A stretch of 64,000 bases of DNA, taken from assembly GCF_037042905.1 (NCBI RefSeq), contig NC_087251.1, positions 48,610,001 through 48,674,000 on the forward strand. Reading direction: 5' to 3'. Below are positions 50,701-58,989 of the stretch, piece after piece. The stretch's first letter is position 1; each line of letters begins with the position of its first letter. The stretch comes from Lytechinus pictus. Lineage: Eukaryota. The translations under genes and the position numbers were made by a program. The notes under the pieces were generated by a model that had not been told where the DNA came from, did not search any database, and worked only from the letters and a program-made list of their open reading frames with translations.

Positions 50701-53700
50701 AATAGGGTTGGATGATGTCATCAGTCTCCTCATTTGCTTACCAGGATGTGCATATAACTGTTTTTGTGAAATTAAAGGGATGGTCCGGGCTGAAAGTATT
50801 TATAGCTTAATAAATAGAGTAGAATTCACTGAGCAAACAAAATTATTGAATTTTAAACTTTAGCAATATTTGTGAAAACAGTCGTCATGAATATTCATTA
50901 GGTGGGCTGATGATGTCACATCCCCACTTGTTCTTTTTTTTGGTGGTGATTTTTTACCTGATTGCTAAGAAAGCATTAATACTTGTAAGCAAGCAACCAG
51001 AGGACCGATGGCTTAAGGTCCTCTCCGAAGCACCTGGTACTGAGGATTAATGTCTATACCAAAGGGCACTAGCGCACCAAGTGGGAATCGAACCCGGGTC
51101 ACCGAAATACGAATCCCCCGCTCTACCGACTGAGCTAGAGCTATTATATGAAATTACGTTAATTCAATTTTTTCCTCCAAGAACTAGAAAAATTGGATTG
51201 ACAACTGATTTAGTGCAATAAGATATTTACTGCTGCAACTTATTTCATTATAAGGGAGACATATTATTCACACAAGTATGAAATAATGAAAAAATTATGA
51301 TACTAATATTATGTAATAACATAAGAAAACGGAAAGTGGAGATGTCACATCATCAGCCCACCTAATGATTATTCATGACGACTGTTTTCACAAAATATTG
51401 CCAAACTTTAAACTTCAATAACTTTATTATTTGTTATCCAATTTTGATGAAATTTTCGGCATTTTGCTCAGTGAATTTTACTCTATGTATTAAAGGAGAA
51501 TGAAACTCTTGGAGCAAGTTAGCTTTTGTGAAAGCAGAAAAATCAAAGAATAAGATCAACAAAATTTTGAGTAGAATAGGACTAGCAATAGAAGAGTTAT
51601 GAGCATTTGAATGTCGAGATCACTAATGCTATGGAGATCCTCCAGTTGGCAATGCGACCAAGATCTATGATGTCACAGATGAACAACTCTCCCCTTTTGG
51701 ACACTGAAAATATACCCCAAAACATCTCTTTTTGCTCATTCTAATCATATGACAAACGATTCATCAATGATATAATGTTGTGAAACCTCTGTACTTGTCA
51801 TCTCATAAAGAGAACACCTCACCTTGTGATAGACTCTATAAAAGTGAGAATATAAGTGAAATAAGTACTAAAGTAATGAGGGAGTTGTACGTGTGTGACA
51901 TCACAGATCTTGGTCGCATTGCCAATGGGAGGATCTACATGGCATTAGTGATCTCAATATTCAAATGCTCATAACTTTCTTATTATTCATTCAATCTTCC
52001 TCAAACTTTCAACAATATGTTTCTTTGATTTTTCTCTTTGATATGGATTCAGCTGGTTTCAAGGGTTTCATTCTCCTTTAAGATATAAACATTTTCAGCC
52101 CGGACCATCCCTTTAACTTTTGGTTTGGGTGGACTTGTCCTTTAATAATCTAAGTGCAGCTTCCTGTATGAGAAACAAAATGGATTATCATGTATCAAAT
52201 CTTTTCTCCTTAAAAGAAATTAAACATTAAAGAGATTTCAGAGCAGTAACATAACTGTGGAGCGCCGTGGCCCAGTGGATTAGTCTTCGGACTTTGAAAC
52301 AGAGGGTCGTGGGTTCGAATCCCAGCCATGGCGTAATTTCCTTCGGCAAGAAATTTATCCACATTGTGCTGCACTCGACCCAGGTGAGGTGAATGGGTAC
52401 CCAGTAGGATTTATTCCTTGAATGCTTTAGCGCCTATATGGCCGCTCAGCTACAGCCGGGGTAATAATAATATACCAAGTATATTTCAGCGCCTTGAGCA
52501 CATAATCAATGTGGATTTGGCGCTTTATAAATACTCTATATTATTATCATTATTTACCTTATTGGAATAGTGCAACTGTTGAATGCTTGGAAAGTTTGTT
52601 GACTTGCAGGTTGCCCCATTAATCTTCTGTACTTCTTTTTCAAGGAGCTGGGATGCTCCTTTCTGGTAAAGAAGAAAATAGATTGGAATTTCCCTAAATC
52701 TATGATTATGGTATGATGATTTTCATCATCATCATAACATCAATTGGCAAACTCAATCATTTCAAGTAGGACTGATTGATTTTGCACTATCAAATACTGA
52801 AATATGAAAAATTTAATGTGGTCTATTATTCTAGATTAGCATTGTCTTCAACAAATATTTTCAATAACAAAATAGGAGAGGATGTTTTTATTCTATAATT
52901 TTTTTTCACTAAAGAGTAGATCCAGATCTAAAATAACATAGATCTCATAACAGTTGTTGCATGATCTCCTGCCCAAATTAAATATTGGCTTCGATTGACT
53001 CTATTTATAAACTTTGACTAGGCAAAATAATGAAAACACACTTTTTCCAAATATTAAAAGCCCAAGCTTTCTTTGGCATCAGATCCATTCAATGTATCAA
53101 TGGCAATGTCAATGCCATAGACATGACAATGGCAACCAAAGAACGTTTCACACAGAAAAATTGGAGGTGCTTACATATGGCAATGGCATTGTAGTCTAGA
53201 ATTGTTTATAAATGAAAGTATTCACAAGGTATTATTTTAGCAGTAACTTTCTTAGTTTTTAACACTGAAAGGGCGACATCATCTAATTGTCATTAACTTA
53301 TCATTTGTGTAGAGATTAACATGATCTAAGCCAAACAGCTCATAATCATTAAAGTACATGTAAGTTAGACTTGTCGTTATCATCATTAAACTAATCATTT
53401 TCCAATTCATGGCAGTGATTGGAAATAATCTATCAGGATGCCACCTGCCCGACACAAAATGGCATCCATGAAGAAATTTGTATAAATTCCTGACATGACT
53501 CGCCCCTCAAATGAAAGAGCAAAATCTTCACAGCAGACTGCTTGCTGCATCCCAGTTTAGCTTTTAGAATGCAATGCAAGTTGATTATTCTCTGTTGGAA
53601 CCATTGAGGTTATGATATAAGTTCCTTGTCCTCTGTTGGGACTGTGTGGTGTAATAAGGTTGGTAATGTTTGCTTATTTTCTCTCGTTCTTCAGGATAAA

Positions 53701-56700
53701 TGCTTGATTTTTTGACACTCACTGTCAGTTTCTATTGCTGATATTCATCATCATGATCATATAGGTCTAACTTGTCTCTAAAGTAAAATTAAATTCGTTT
53801 TTCTAAATTAGAAAGAGAGATTGTTAGGTGACAATTCAGACCAACTTTGGTATACAAAAATCAAAATCTTTAATTTTGAGCATATTTTTGTGTTGGCCCT
53901 GTATTGGTGGAAAGTTAAAGGAGAATGAAACTCTTGGAGCAAGTTAGCTTTTGTGAAAGCAGAAAAATAAAAAAATAAGATCAACAAAAGTTTGAGTAAA
54001 ATAGGACTAGCAATAAAAGAGTTATGAGCATTTGAATGTCGAGATCACTAATGCTATGGAGATCCTCCCATTGGCAATGCGACCAAGATCTGTGATGTCA
54101 CACACGTACAACTCTCCCATTTGGACACTGAAAATATACCCCAAAACATTTCTTTTTGCTCATTCTAATCATATGACAAACGATTCATCAATGATATAAT
54201 GTTGTGAAACCTCTGTACTTGTCATCTCATAAAGAGAACACCTCACCTTGTGATAGACTCTTTAAAAGTGAGAATATAAGTGAAATAAGTACTAAAGTAA
54301 TGAGGGAGTTGTATGTGTGTGATATCACAGATCTTGGTTGCATTGCCGATGGGAGGATCTACATGGCACTAGTGATCTCAATATTCGAATGCTCATAACT
54401 TTCTTATTATTCATTCAATCTTCCTCAAACTTTCAAAAATGTGTTCCTTTGATTTTTCTCTTTGATATGGATTCAGCTGGTTTCAAGGGTTTCATTCTCC
54501 TTTAAGTATTTACTTTCCACAAATACAGCCTTCACTGTACAGGGCCCACACAAATTTTAAAATACTGTATGCTCAAAATTTAAGTTTTTGAGTACTCTGG
54601 TAGTGGTAAAACAAAAATCCCTAAATTAATAGTGATAAAAAATCATAATTGTATGGAACAGAGTATTTTTCATAACAAAATATATATTTCAAAGACTTTT
54701 TAAATATTGCTTGTTGCATGAATCTACCCATCTACAAAAGTACAACACTACTTATATTATAAGTTACAACTCACAACAGTCACTGAAAATAATAACTGGT
54801 GCAGTATACAGTGCGTCCCAGAAAAAACGAAACCGAGACTTAGCGATGATTTATCATAACTTAATCATAAATAAAATAGACAAATGACCTACCAATGTAA
54901 AGCTTAGAATCTCCTCTTTCATCTGGTATTACTTAGATTATTCCTCATTCACGCATGAGTAAGCAAAAACAATTCGAAGAAAGGATGCCAAAAACTCATT
55001 TGGCGGGGGGTATCTGAATTTCAAAAAGAAAATCACATGACTAAAAAGTTCAATATCTGCTCTTTTCTTTGATACCTTAACCACAGAAAATGGTCAAGAA
55101 GTAAAAAAGTTATGATCCCTCGAAACAATGCTTGTTTTTCCATAATTTCATTAAATAAACGTGTTTTCACCGGTTTCCCACAGAAGCTATCGCACGGAAC
55201 AAAAGACTTAATGCATGGTTGATCGTCAACAAAACGGAGTGTCGAGTGAGTTTGGACCCTTGCCTGTAAATCCTCTTCATTTTATGAAATTATTGAAATT
55301 CAAGCCTTATTTCAAATAACCAGAACTTTGTTATTTCTTAACCATTTTTTGTAATTGAGGTATCAAATTAAAGAGCAGATATTGAACTTTTTAAAAATGT
55401 GGTTTTCTTTTGAAAACCCAGATACGGCCCGCTAAGTGACTTTTTGGTATCCCCTTTTCAAATTGTTTTTGCTCACTCATGCGTGAAAGAGAAATAAACT
55501 AAGTAGTTTCAGATGAAAGAGGAGATTCTAAGCTTTAAAATGGTAGGTCATTTGTCTATTGTATTTGTGATTAAGTTATGATAAATCATCAATAAATCTC
55601 GGTTTAGTTTTTTCTGGGACGCACTGTATAACCCTGCCCTTGAAGCACTACAGGTAGAATGTGGTGAAAGACCTTTACAACTAAGAAGAGAACTGTCTGT
55701 TGACAAATACATGTTTTATCTTTTAACAAACAGAGATAGTCATCATCCTACTTTAGAAATTATTGAACCTTCCTGGTATATTGATCAATTTACTTGGAAA
55801 TCAGGTCGTGGACCCTTTGTAGCCGGAGCATGTAAGCCAAATGAAGAGATCCAAATTGAACAACTAAACCAAAGAATATTACGAGAACCTTTTTGGTCAT
55901 ATGGAATACCTAATATATCTTACTATATCCATTTAGATTATCAATAAACAACGTAACTTGGTACAAGATATGAAAAACTGTGTCTCAGAAAGGATACATA
56001 CAAAGATGGAAAGGTTACTTAAAGATCTACACTGATGGATCAAAACAAGAAGACAAGAGAACCGGCTCTGCTTTTTATATACCAGAACTGGATATTAAAA
56101 GATTCAATAGATTAAATTCTGGAAGTATAATGAGAGCCGAATTAACAGCAATGGTAATGGCACTTGATTGGCTAGGAGATAACAGAGGTATGTCCGTGGT
56201 CATTTTTACAGATTTGTTGTCTGCTCTTCAAGCACTTGAAAGCAATCGTATACAAAACAATCTTATTGTTGATATCTTGTATAAAATCAAAGTTTTACAA
56301 TCATCAGATATTTATGTCAATTTTGAATGGATACCATCCCATTGTGGTATTCACGGGAACGATGTGGCAGACCTTTTAGCAAAAAAAGGAGCATCAAAAG
56401 AACAAGTTGAAGTAAACATTCCATATATCAAAGAGGAATGGAAAACCCACATGTCTTTGATTTAGAAAGAAATCTGGCAGGCTCTATGGGTATCCTCATC
56501 TAAAGGAAGACATTTATTTAGCATCCAACCCAACGTGGCAGATACAATTAGTTATCAAGGTCTCATTCGGTTTGAAGCGACTATGATACACCGTTTAAGA
56601 CTCGGAATATGTAAATTGAATTATTATCTGTATAAATGTAATCAACATGAAAATGGTCTATGTTCCCATTGTCAGGTTCCTGAGACAATAGAAGATTTTT

Positions 56701-58178
56701 TACTACAATGTAAGAAATATGGAAGAGAAAGAAGAATTATGCAAAGAAGCCTGAAATTAAACAAGCCAATATCAGATCTAGCAACATTATTGGGAAGAAA
56801 TGCAGATTATAAAGTCATCCTGAATTATGTGAAAAAAACAAAGAGATTCAAATAAGAATATTCCACTGATCTCTCTCCATCTCATTCTCTCTCTCTCTCT
56901 TCCTTTTGTTCTGATGATTAGTGATAATTCTTAGACTACTAAAATTGAGCTTCGACCTAGCTTCTATATAAGTTTGCATACTATCAACTATGAAGTACAA
57001 AAACGCACAATTTAATGGTGGTGGTAACTAATCATAATTATATTGCACCTCGCTATATGACAGGTCAGACTAGTCTAACGCCGAGGACATTGATGCGGGA
57101 ATTAAGCAACTAACTCGGAAACGACCTGGCGCAGATAATCTACGAGATTGAAGAGCGCCAACTTAACTCCAACACCAACCAACAACAGATTCACTGTCCA
57201 TCATGTCCACTTGTTCACTGCAACCATCCTGCCTGTGGGGAATCTACAAGTAGGACTATGGCATGCCAATGCTGTACAGAGCACACACTTTCAAAAATCA
57301 TTATATTATCACTTTTGTGACCAAAATTACTAATTTCCATACAGTTGCAATTTATTTTTCATAAGTAACTTGTGAATAATTTTTGTATTCTCTAGAGCGC
57401 TAAAAAACTTGAATTTTGGGCATATTTTTGTGTACGCCCTCTATTGGTGGAAAGTAATATGGCAAGAAATTTTTCATTTTTTATCTCTATTTTTAATTAA
57501 GAAAAAAATTATTATAAAAATCAAATTTACTTAAGGGCCAAGTTGTATGACGAATAGGTGTAATGGAAACTCAGTGTAAAAAAATCAAGCAATTGTCCCA
57601 AAGAAAAAAGAGAAAATAAGCCAAACATTGCCACCCTTATTTTGCCACACATGGAGATATAACTAAGAACAAGGTTATATCATAACCTTGTTCATTGAAT
57701 GAGTGATCATGTCCATGATTCATGAATGATGTTTGTTGCACAGTACGGTTGCAGTGAACATAAGTGGTTATTTATAATAAATCATACTAGTTAGATAGAG
57801 ACATCGTAGTATCATACTCATAGACATTGTAACACCCTCTTCAGAGTTATATTCTAAAAGTAAAGCAGTCGATCGAGCTGCAAAGTATCAACGATCGTTC
57901 AACTTCAAAAAAGCCGCATCTACACGGGTCTTCACTGATCTGCAGCCCGACGCCGTAGGCCTAGTTCGATGAGCGTGTTCCGCTGGTTCAGCCGAGTGGC
58001 GTGATAGATGACTTATTCGTATCAAACCATGTTACAAATCAACTTTAGACACAAGGGACATAAGTTATGAGTCATTCAAATTTACCTGAATTTCTTTTCT
58101 CTTTGCTGCTGCAGAGGCAATAACAAAGGAAACAAAAAGTATGAAAGAAAAAATATTTTTTGCTTTGATGGTCGTCAT
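3927..58178 (-). CDS. 28-exon gene for an uncharacterised secreted alpha/beta hydrolase (peptidase S9/esterase-like) with signal peptide and TPR-like N-terminal segment, about 1026 aa
   Basis: Manual assembly of 28 exons, all GT-AG with matching phases, totalling 3081 nt including the TAG. N-terminus MTTIKAKNIFSFILFVSFVIASAAA is signal-peptide-like. Motifs: LLTLHGTG, nucleophile elbow FAGHSMGGHGAW, Asp in IGAIDRTVHP, His in LAGKEHWWWD; C-terminus ...GFWGNRWDYRLETSSCVC*. From memory it resembles the fungal/invertebrate 'ARB_06907-like' secreted proteins (unverified). Extra exons between exons 1 and 2 cannot be excluded. Confidence 0.88.
4821..5402. mobile_element. Kolobok-like MITE family K1, complete copy
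   Basis: TTAA|AGGGTTGGTCCGGGCTGAAA...TTTCAGCCCGGACCATCCCT|TTAA; long (about 190 bp) imperfect TIRs. Confidence 0.85.
5884..6085. mobile_element. Small Sola1-like MITE
   Basis: ATTT|GGGCATT...AATGCCC|ATTT; same terminal heptamer as the 30751 element. Confidence 0.6.
6525..6694 (-). CDS. hydrolase gene exon 27
   Basis: GLSLGRCQFSDPRTGALFLAP...SPTIPPMTRSP, donor GTAAGT; phase 1-0. Confidence 0.88.
6923..7147 (-). CDS. hydrolase gene exon 26
   Basis: GTASDKSSATLLHLAVYLANLFF...HNLIIIGGPGHNAWA...ISEN; phase 1-1. Confidence 0.88.
8122..8229 (-). CDS. hydrolase gene exon 25
   Basis: GSWLVCTDDALKDDERDYATYGPARKVAEREFLIVT; phase 1-1. Confidence 0.85.
8520..8850 (-). mobile_element. 3' fragment of an L2/CR1-type LINE
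   Basis: YTPTRALRS...GDRTF...WNDLP...FKKSLKTHLF, a typical ORF2 C-terminus, plus a (TAA)n tail. Confidence 0.8.
9153..9237 (-). CDS. hydrolase gene exon 24
   Basis: IDGILLNTDEEHGMMVKENATHFCKTDA; phase 0-1. An alternative in-phase donor 21 nt further downstream is possible. Confidence 0.72.
9665..10089. mobile_element. Harbinger-like palindromic MITE
   Basis: GGCCCGAATTCACAAAGGTGGTTTT...AAAACAACCTTTTTGAATTCAGGCC; near-palindromic interior. Confidence 0.65.
10483..10593 (-). CDS. hydrolase gene exon 23
   Basis: MALSNGKAELTTRNVERFSITALGHIPYNWRNISSLK, donor GTAAAT; phase 0-0. Confidence 0.8.
11101..13080. repeat. Minisatellite of about 135-bp units, 14 copies plus the source copy in exon 22
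   Basis: CCCTAGGG recurs at about 11182, 11313, 11448, 11583, 11716, 11848, 11984, 12119, 12255, 12390, 12529, 12668, 12807, 12941 and 13072; unit length varies with a poly-C tract. Confidence 0.95.
13009..13306 (-). CDS. hydrolase gene exon 22
   Basis: KTNDGGAVNDPKLR...TLTVVNPALGEGLRGVRVVQQLVPFRTSTIK, donor AAG|GTGGGT; phase 2-0. Confidence 0.82.
13691..13777 (-). CDS. hydrolase gene exon 21 (putative catalytic His)
   Basis: RMNRLLKEQGINVTYTELAGKEHWWWDT; phase 2-2. Confidence 0.9.
14346..14407 (-). CDS. hydrolase gene exon 20 (putative catalytic Asp)
   Basis: GLPVLTRIGAIDRTVHPFFV; phase 0-2. Confidence 0.88.
14465..15467. mobile_element. Second copy of the Tc1/mariner-like MITE (left end damaged, carries an insertion)
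   Basis: Collinear with 54809-55626; right end GGGACGCACTG|TA. Confidence 0.82.
14628..14819 (-). mobile_element. Probable solo LTR inserted in the Tc1-like MITE
   Basis: 192 bp absent from the 54809 copy. TGTCAT...ATGACA ends (TG..CA with a short inverted repeat) and AATAAA on the minus strand. No clean TSD. Confidence 0.5.
15859..15906 (-). CDS. hydrolase gene exon 19
   Basis: ACIAENDADRHISNLQ; phase 0-0. Confidence 0.82.
16524..16745 (-). mobile_element. Degenerate SINE copy
   Basis: Matches the 18333 copy in tail and core, with internal deletions. Confidence 0.65.
16814..16865 (-). CDS. hydrolase gene exon 18
   Basis: HDISTSHTDSATKHILE; phase 2-0. Confidence 0.82.
17254..17441 (-). 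CDS. hydrolase gene exon 17 (catalytic Ser)
   Basis: VIFAGHSMGGHGAWHLATHYPDRALAVVSLAGW, a G-x-S-x-G nucleophile elbow; phase 0-2. Confidence 0.92.
17930..17999 (-). CDS. hydrolase gene exon 16
   Basis: HGAHNWEGPGTLTSMTALQRLHQ; phase 2-0. Confidence 0.88.
18333..18622 (-). mobile_element. tRNA-derived SINE (same family as 52257)
   Basis: Reverse-complement match to the 52257 head and core, with a simple-repeat tail. Confidence 0.85.
18882..19003 (-). CDS. hydrolase gene exon 15
   Basis: VLLTLHGTGVEAQNQADGY...AWVLAPTR; phase 0-2. Confidence 0.9.
19199..19255 (-). CDS. hydrolase gene exon 14
   Basis: VQHAAAIEPLEDCPVGQCP, donor GTAAGT; phase 0-0. Confidence 0.85.
19873..19990 (-). CDS. hydrolase gene exon 13
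   Basis: FKLKVSATG...FIFSFLDHDGS, donor GTAAGT; phase 2-0. Confidence 0.87.
20473..20634 (-). CDS. hydrolase gene exon 12
   Basis: VSLAEPSEVTIG...NVAPGQTIPIIIRL...ACRGI; phase 2-2. Confidence 0.85.
21046..21172 (-). CDS. hydrolase gene exon 11
   Basis: DGDPFLVRPATNVPDIVEDTLMGDVFTFPLTNLQGNKWLKNV; phase 1-2. Confidence 0.85.
21960..22085. repeat. Degenerate (ATT)n low-complexity tract
   Basis: Direct reading. Confidence 0.8.
22112..22483. mobile_element. K1 MITE, truncated copy (left arm and middle)
   Basis: TTAA|AGGGATGGTCCGGGCTGAAA..., collinear with about 4821-5190, then similarity stops. Confidence 0.8.
23755..23788. repeat. (CAT)n microsatellite
   Basis: Direct reading. Confidence 0.9.
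25819..25846 (-). CDS. hydrolase gene exon 10 (28-nt micro-exon)
   Basis: VFSCNIRAA, donor CAG|GTAAGT; phase 0-1, needed to keep frame between exons 9 and 11. Confidence 0.75.
26405..26471 (-). CDS. hydrolase gene exon 9
   Basis: FTIPLDVGIHTIFIRLRAKGSQ; phase 2-0, in phase with exon 8 across the 13.2-kb intron. Confidence 0.85.
29592..30238 (+). CDS. Academ transposase coding exon 1 (N-terminal Zn-finger region)
   Basis: DWTLCILCQ...WHKTC and CFFCD...YHKTC motifs. Ends at AACAG|GTGAGT (phase 2), which joins in frame to the acceptor at 34516. The start could be ATG 29592 or 29631. Confidence 0.82.
30751..33414. mobile_element. Sola1-like non-autonomous DNA transposon (2.66 kb)
   Basis: TIR GGGCATTTTCAC...GTGAAAATGCCC flanked by a 4-bp AAAT duplication (AWWT targets are typical of Sola1). 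Nine copies of TAATGTCAGTTACC inside. Confidence 0.7.
32516..33098. mobile_element. Kolobok-like MITE family K2, copy 1
   Basis: TTAA|AGGAGAATGAAAC...GTTTCATTCTCCT|TTAA, 583 bp. TTAA TSD with purine (AG) termini. Near-identical inverted copies at 51494 and 53919. Confidence 0.85.
34517..38491 (+). pseudogene. Academ transposase coding exon 2 (DDE-like domain, XPG/PIN-H3TH nuclease, Cys8 finger) with one 1-bp frameshift at about 37321
   Basis: Acceptor ttctctctacAG|G. Transposase motifs GQVDNIDH, LTMDQPLY, LGPLHIEM, GLDHAHEQVN. Nuclease motifs ILDGAALVH, VDLVWDVY, HEEADTRILLH, TVDTDVVV, FHAFTGCDVTS. C-terminal CNCIKSCKGNCKCFKTKLECTALCKC. ORFs 34464-37328 and 37373-38491 fuse if one base is restored in GTAAAGGA. 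Confidence 0.85.
39632..39698 (-). CDS. hydrolase gene exon 8
   Basis: GVHTFFLDGVFIAADVYRRDEFW, donor GTGAGT; phase 1-2. Confidence 0.85.
40102..43531 (-). mobile_element. CR1/L2-group LINE, ORF2 (APE endonuclease + reverse transcriptase), frameshifted, 5'-truncated
   Basis: APE motifs HFNSRS, FSETW, IMGDFNINL, TLIDNIF, TDHLPV (42374-43531). RT motifs FLDFSKAFD, GVPQGSILGP, LFADDT (40670-41647). 3' AATAAA followed by a (TTGAA)n-like tail at about 40102-40128. Confidence 0.9.
43888..44170 (+). mobile_element. tRNA-derived SINE, diverged copy
   Basis: Degenerate A/B boxes plus CACATTGTGCTGCACTCAACCCAGGTGAGGTAAATGGGTAC core. Confidence 0.75.
44327..44851. mobile_element. TIR-bounded MITE, superfamily unassigned
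   Basis: CCTGGGGG..TTCCATTGACAAATGGATACCATGCATGACCA versus TGGTCATGCATGTTATCCACTTGTCAATGGAA..CCCCCAGG. Confidence 0.65.
44941..45001 (-). CDS. hydrolase gene exon 7
   Basis: GWVVGEFAVNSKGDVSVQCL, donor GTAAGT; phase 0-1. Confidence 0.85.
45585..45937 (+). mobile_element. tRNA-derived SINE, related subfamily (3' fragments also at about 4553-4762 and 15480-15640 on the minus strand)
   Basis: B box GTTCGAATCC, CTCGACCCAGGTG core, GCTCCCCAGGGAGTGGA block, (ATT)n tail. Confidence 0.8.
46029..46118 (-). CDS. hydrolase gene exon 6
   Basis: KAGERVQIAPDINWNDLISSLGSLAITEWQ; phase 0-0. Confidence 0.85.
46870..47920 (+). mobile_element. 3' fragment of a related CR1/L2-group LINE
   Basis: KFLGITIDVNLSWKTHI...LYNTLFLPYLNYCNIVWA, homologous to the C-terminus of the 40670 ORF; (TGAAC)n tail at about 47900. 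Confidence 0.85.
48484..48641 (-). CDS. hydrolase gene exon 5
   Basis: GPFVIGKSEVDGDPLEFLGG...FYSELAAGGVIKWKTYSQT, donor GTAAGT; phase 1-0. Confidence 0.88.
48855..48976 (-). CDS. hydrolase gene exon 4 (TPR-like)
   Basis: SYLGSLYLERGEKAKATTCFKQATKLIGKVSQFVNHWHFI; phase 2-1. Confidence 0.85.
49534..49598 (-). CDS. hydrolase gene exon 3
   Basis: VDQAIVCLLKSLSATNLNGWNW, donor GTGAGT; phase 0-2. Confidence 0.8.
50937..51141 (-). mobile_element. Second tRNA-derived SINE family (about 205 bp) inserted in K1
   Basis: Minus strand: A box TAGCTCAGTCGG, B box GGTTCGATTCC, A-rich tail; absent from the K1 copy at 4821. Confidence 0.78.
51494..52077. mobile_element. Kolobok-like MITE family K2, copy 2 (nested in a K1 copy)
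   Basis: Same TIRs and TTAA TSD; interrupts the right arm of the K1 element. Confidence 0.85.
52257..52555 (+). mobile_element. tRNA-derived SINE, full length
   Basis: A box TGGCCCAGTGG, B box GTTCGAATCC, core CTCGACCCAGGTG..AATGGGTACC, (TAT)n tail. Confidence 0.85.
52558..52662 (-). CDS. hydrolase gene exon 2
   Basis: Acceptor tttaccAG, KGASQLLEKEVQKINGATCKSTNFPSIQQLHYSNK, donor GTAAAT; phase 0-0. Confidence 0.7.
53919..54501. mobile_element. Kolobok-like MITE family K2, copy 3
   Basis: Same TIRs and TTAA TSD. Confidence 0.85.
54809..55626. mobile_element. Tc1/mariner-like MITE (818 bp)
   Basis: TA|CAGTGCGTCCCAGAAAAA...TTTTTCTGGGACGCACTG|TA; long TIRs, TA TSD. Confidence 0.85.
55640..57185 (+). 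mobile_element. 3' fragment of an I-group (Nimb/Ingi-like) LINE with RNase H and CCHC knuckle, degenerate
   Basis: IYTDGSK, RAELTA, IFTD, WIPSHCGIHGNDVADLLAK (55980-56465); RLRLG...CSHCQVPETIEDFLLQC (56535-56855); stop codon between them. Outer boundaries approximate. Confidence 0.85.
58086..58178 (-). CDS. hydrolase gene exon 1 (signal peptide)
   Basis: MTTIKAKNIFSFILFVSFVIASAAAKRKEIQ, donor CAG|GTAAAT, phase 0. Confidence 0.75.
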
Positions 58179-58989
58179 TTTCAGCTCTCCATAAATCTGC
58201 CACATTGAATATACGGAACGCCACCTGTAGTGTTGGTGAAGTTATTAATACACTAGGTATCACAGGCCTAATTCATTTCCCATAGACTCGTGTGTTAAAG
58301 TGGCACTTAAAAAAAATCATAAAAAATAAGGAGGAAATTCGAGGGTTGAATATTCACTACCAGTGGACAGCATATATGTCTGAGATTCCATATCTGACCA
58401 AAAAAGGGTACCTCGACCGGCTCATTTAAAAAATAAATCGGCATTTATGAAGACTACACCTGACAGGATCAAAAAGTTATATAAAAAAATGCCGCAAATC
58501 ATGCTGGTGCAATTATATTCACTAATGAATGATACGCGCCGTATAAGCTAAAACAACAATAACAACAACAAATTCATCACTTGAGAGAGTAAAATGGGGT
58601 AAAATGGCCCTAATTCTTCCGCCAGTAAAAAATAGTTCCAAAGTAGTGATATATCTTTCCAATTTGGAAAAAGGAAGTTCAGTAGGTACCCTCCCTAGAA
58701 TCAGTGTTAGATTGTCAATCATATTCATTCATTTTTGTCAATCAGCAATATCAAATTTCAAATTGAGCAATGGGTTAGCTCGAATGAATATCTTTGGCCT
58801 GCCAGTTGTAGTTAGGCCCGTGTGACCACTAAGTAGTGGTATCATTATTATTGTTATTATTATTATTATTTCCATTGTCTACAACTTGATGTTCTGTTGG
58901 TATATTAAACAGCAACCGGACTTCTTCCAGAAATCTAGGGTTATTGTTCTATATTCTATCAAATGGGTCATCTTCTCATTGTTCACTTA

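Larger units (their letters stand above)
50776..52112. mobile_element. K1 MITE carrying a SINE and a K2 MITE
   Basis: Both TIRs and the TTAA TSD are present; two insertions relative to the 4821 copy. Confidence 0.82.
50304..52141. mobile_element. Older Kolobok-like MITE (K3) enclosing the K1 copy
   Basis: Termini AGGTCAAGTCCACCC / GGGTGGACTTGTCCT|TTAA; left TSD degenerate. Confidence 0.6.

Noticed and set aside
51780..51974. 64-aa ORF MKPLYLSSHK... found three times (also 32619 and 54204)
   Set aside because: It lies inside the K2 MITE and has a GTG start; recent transposition explains the similarity.
52257..52335. tRNA gene (also 51070-51141)
   Set aside because: The A/B boxes continue into SINE body and tail; these are SINE heads, not tRNAs.
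53440..53780. Candidate extra minus-strand exon after an acceptor-like site at about 53780
   Set aside because: All three frames hit stops shortly after the AG, and exons 1 and 2 already join in phase.
55980..56465. Cellular RNase H1 gene
   Set aside because: Intronless, broken by a stop before a LINE-type CCHC domain, and located inside a host intron; it is a retrotransposon remnant.
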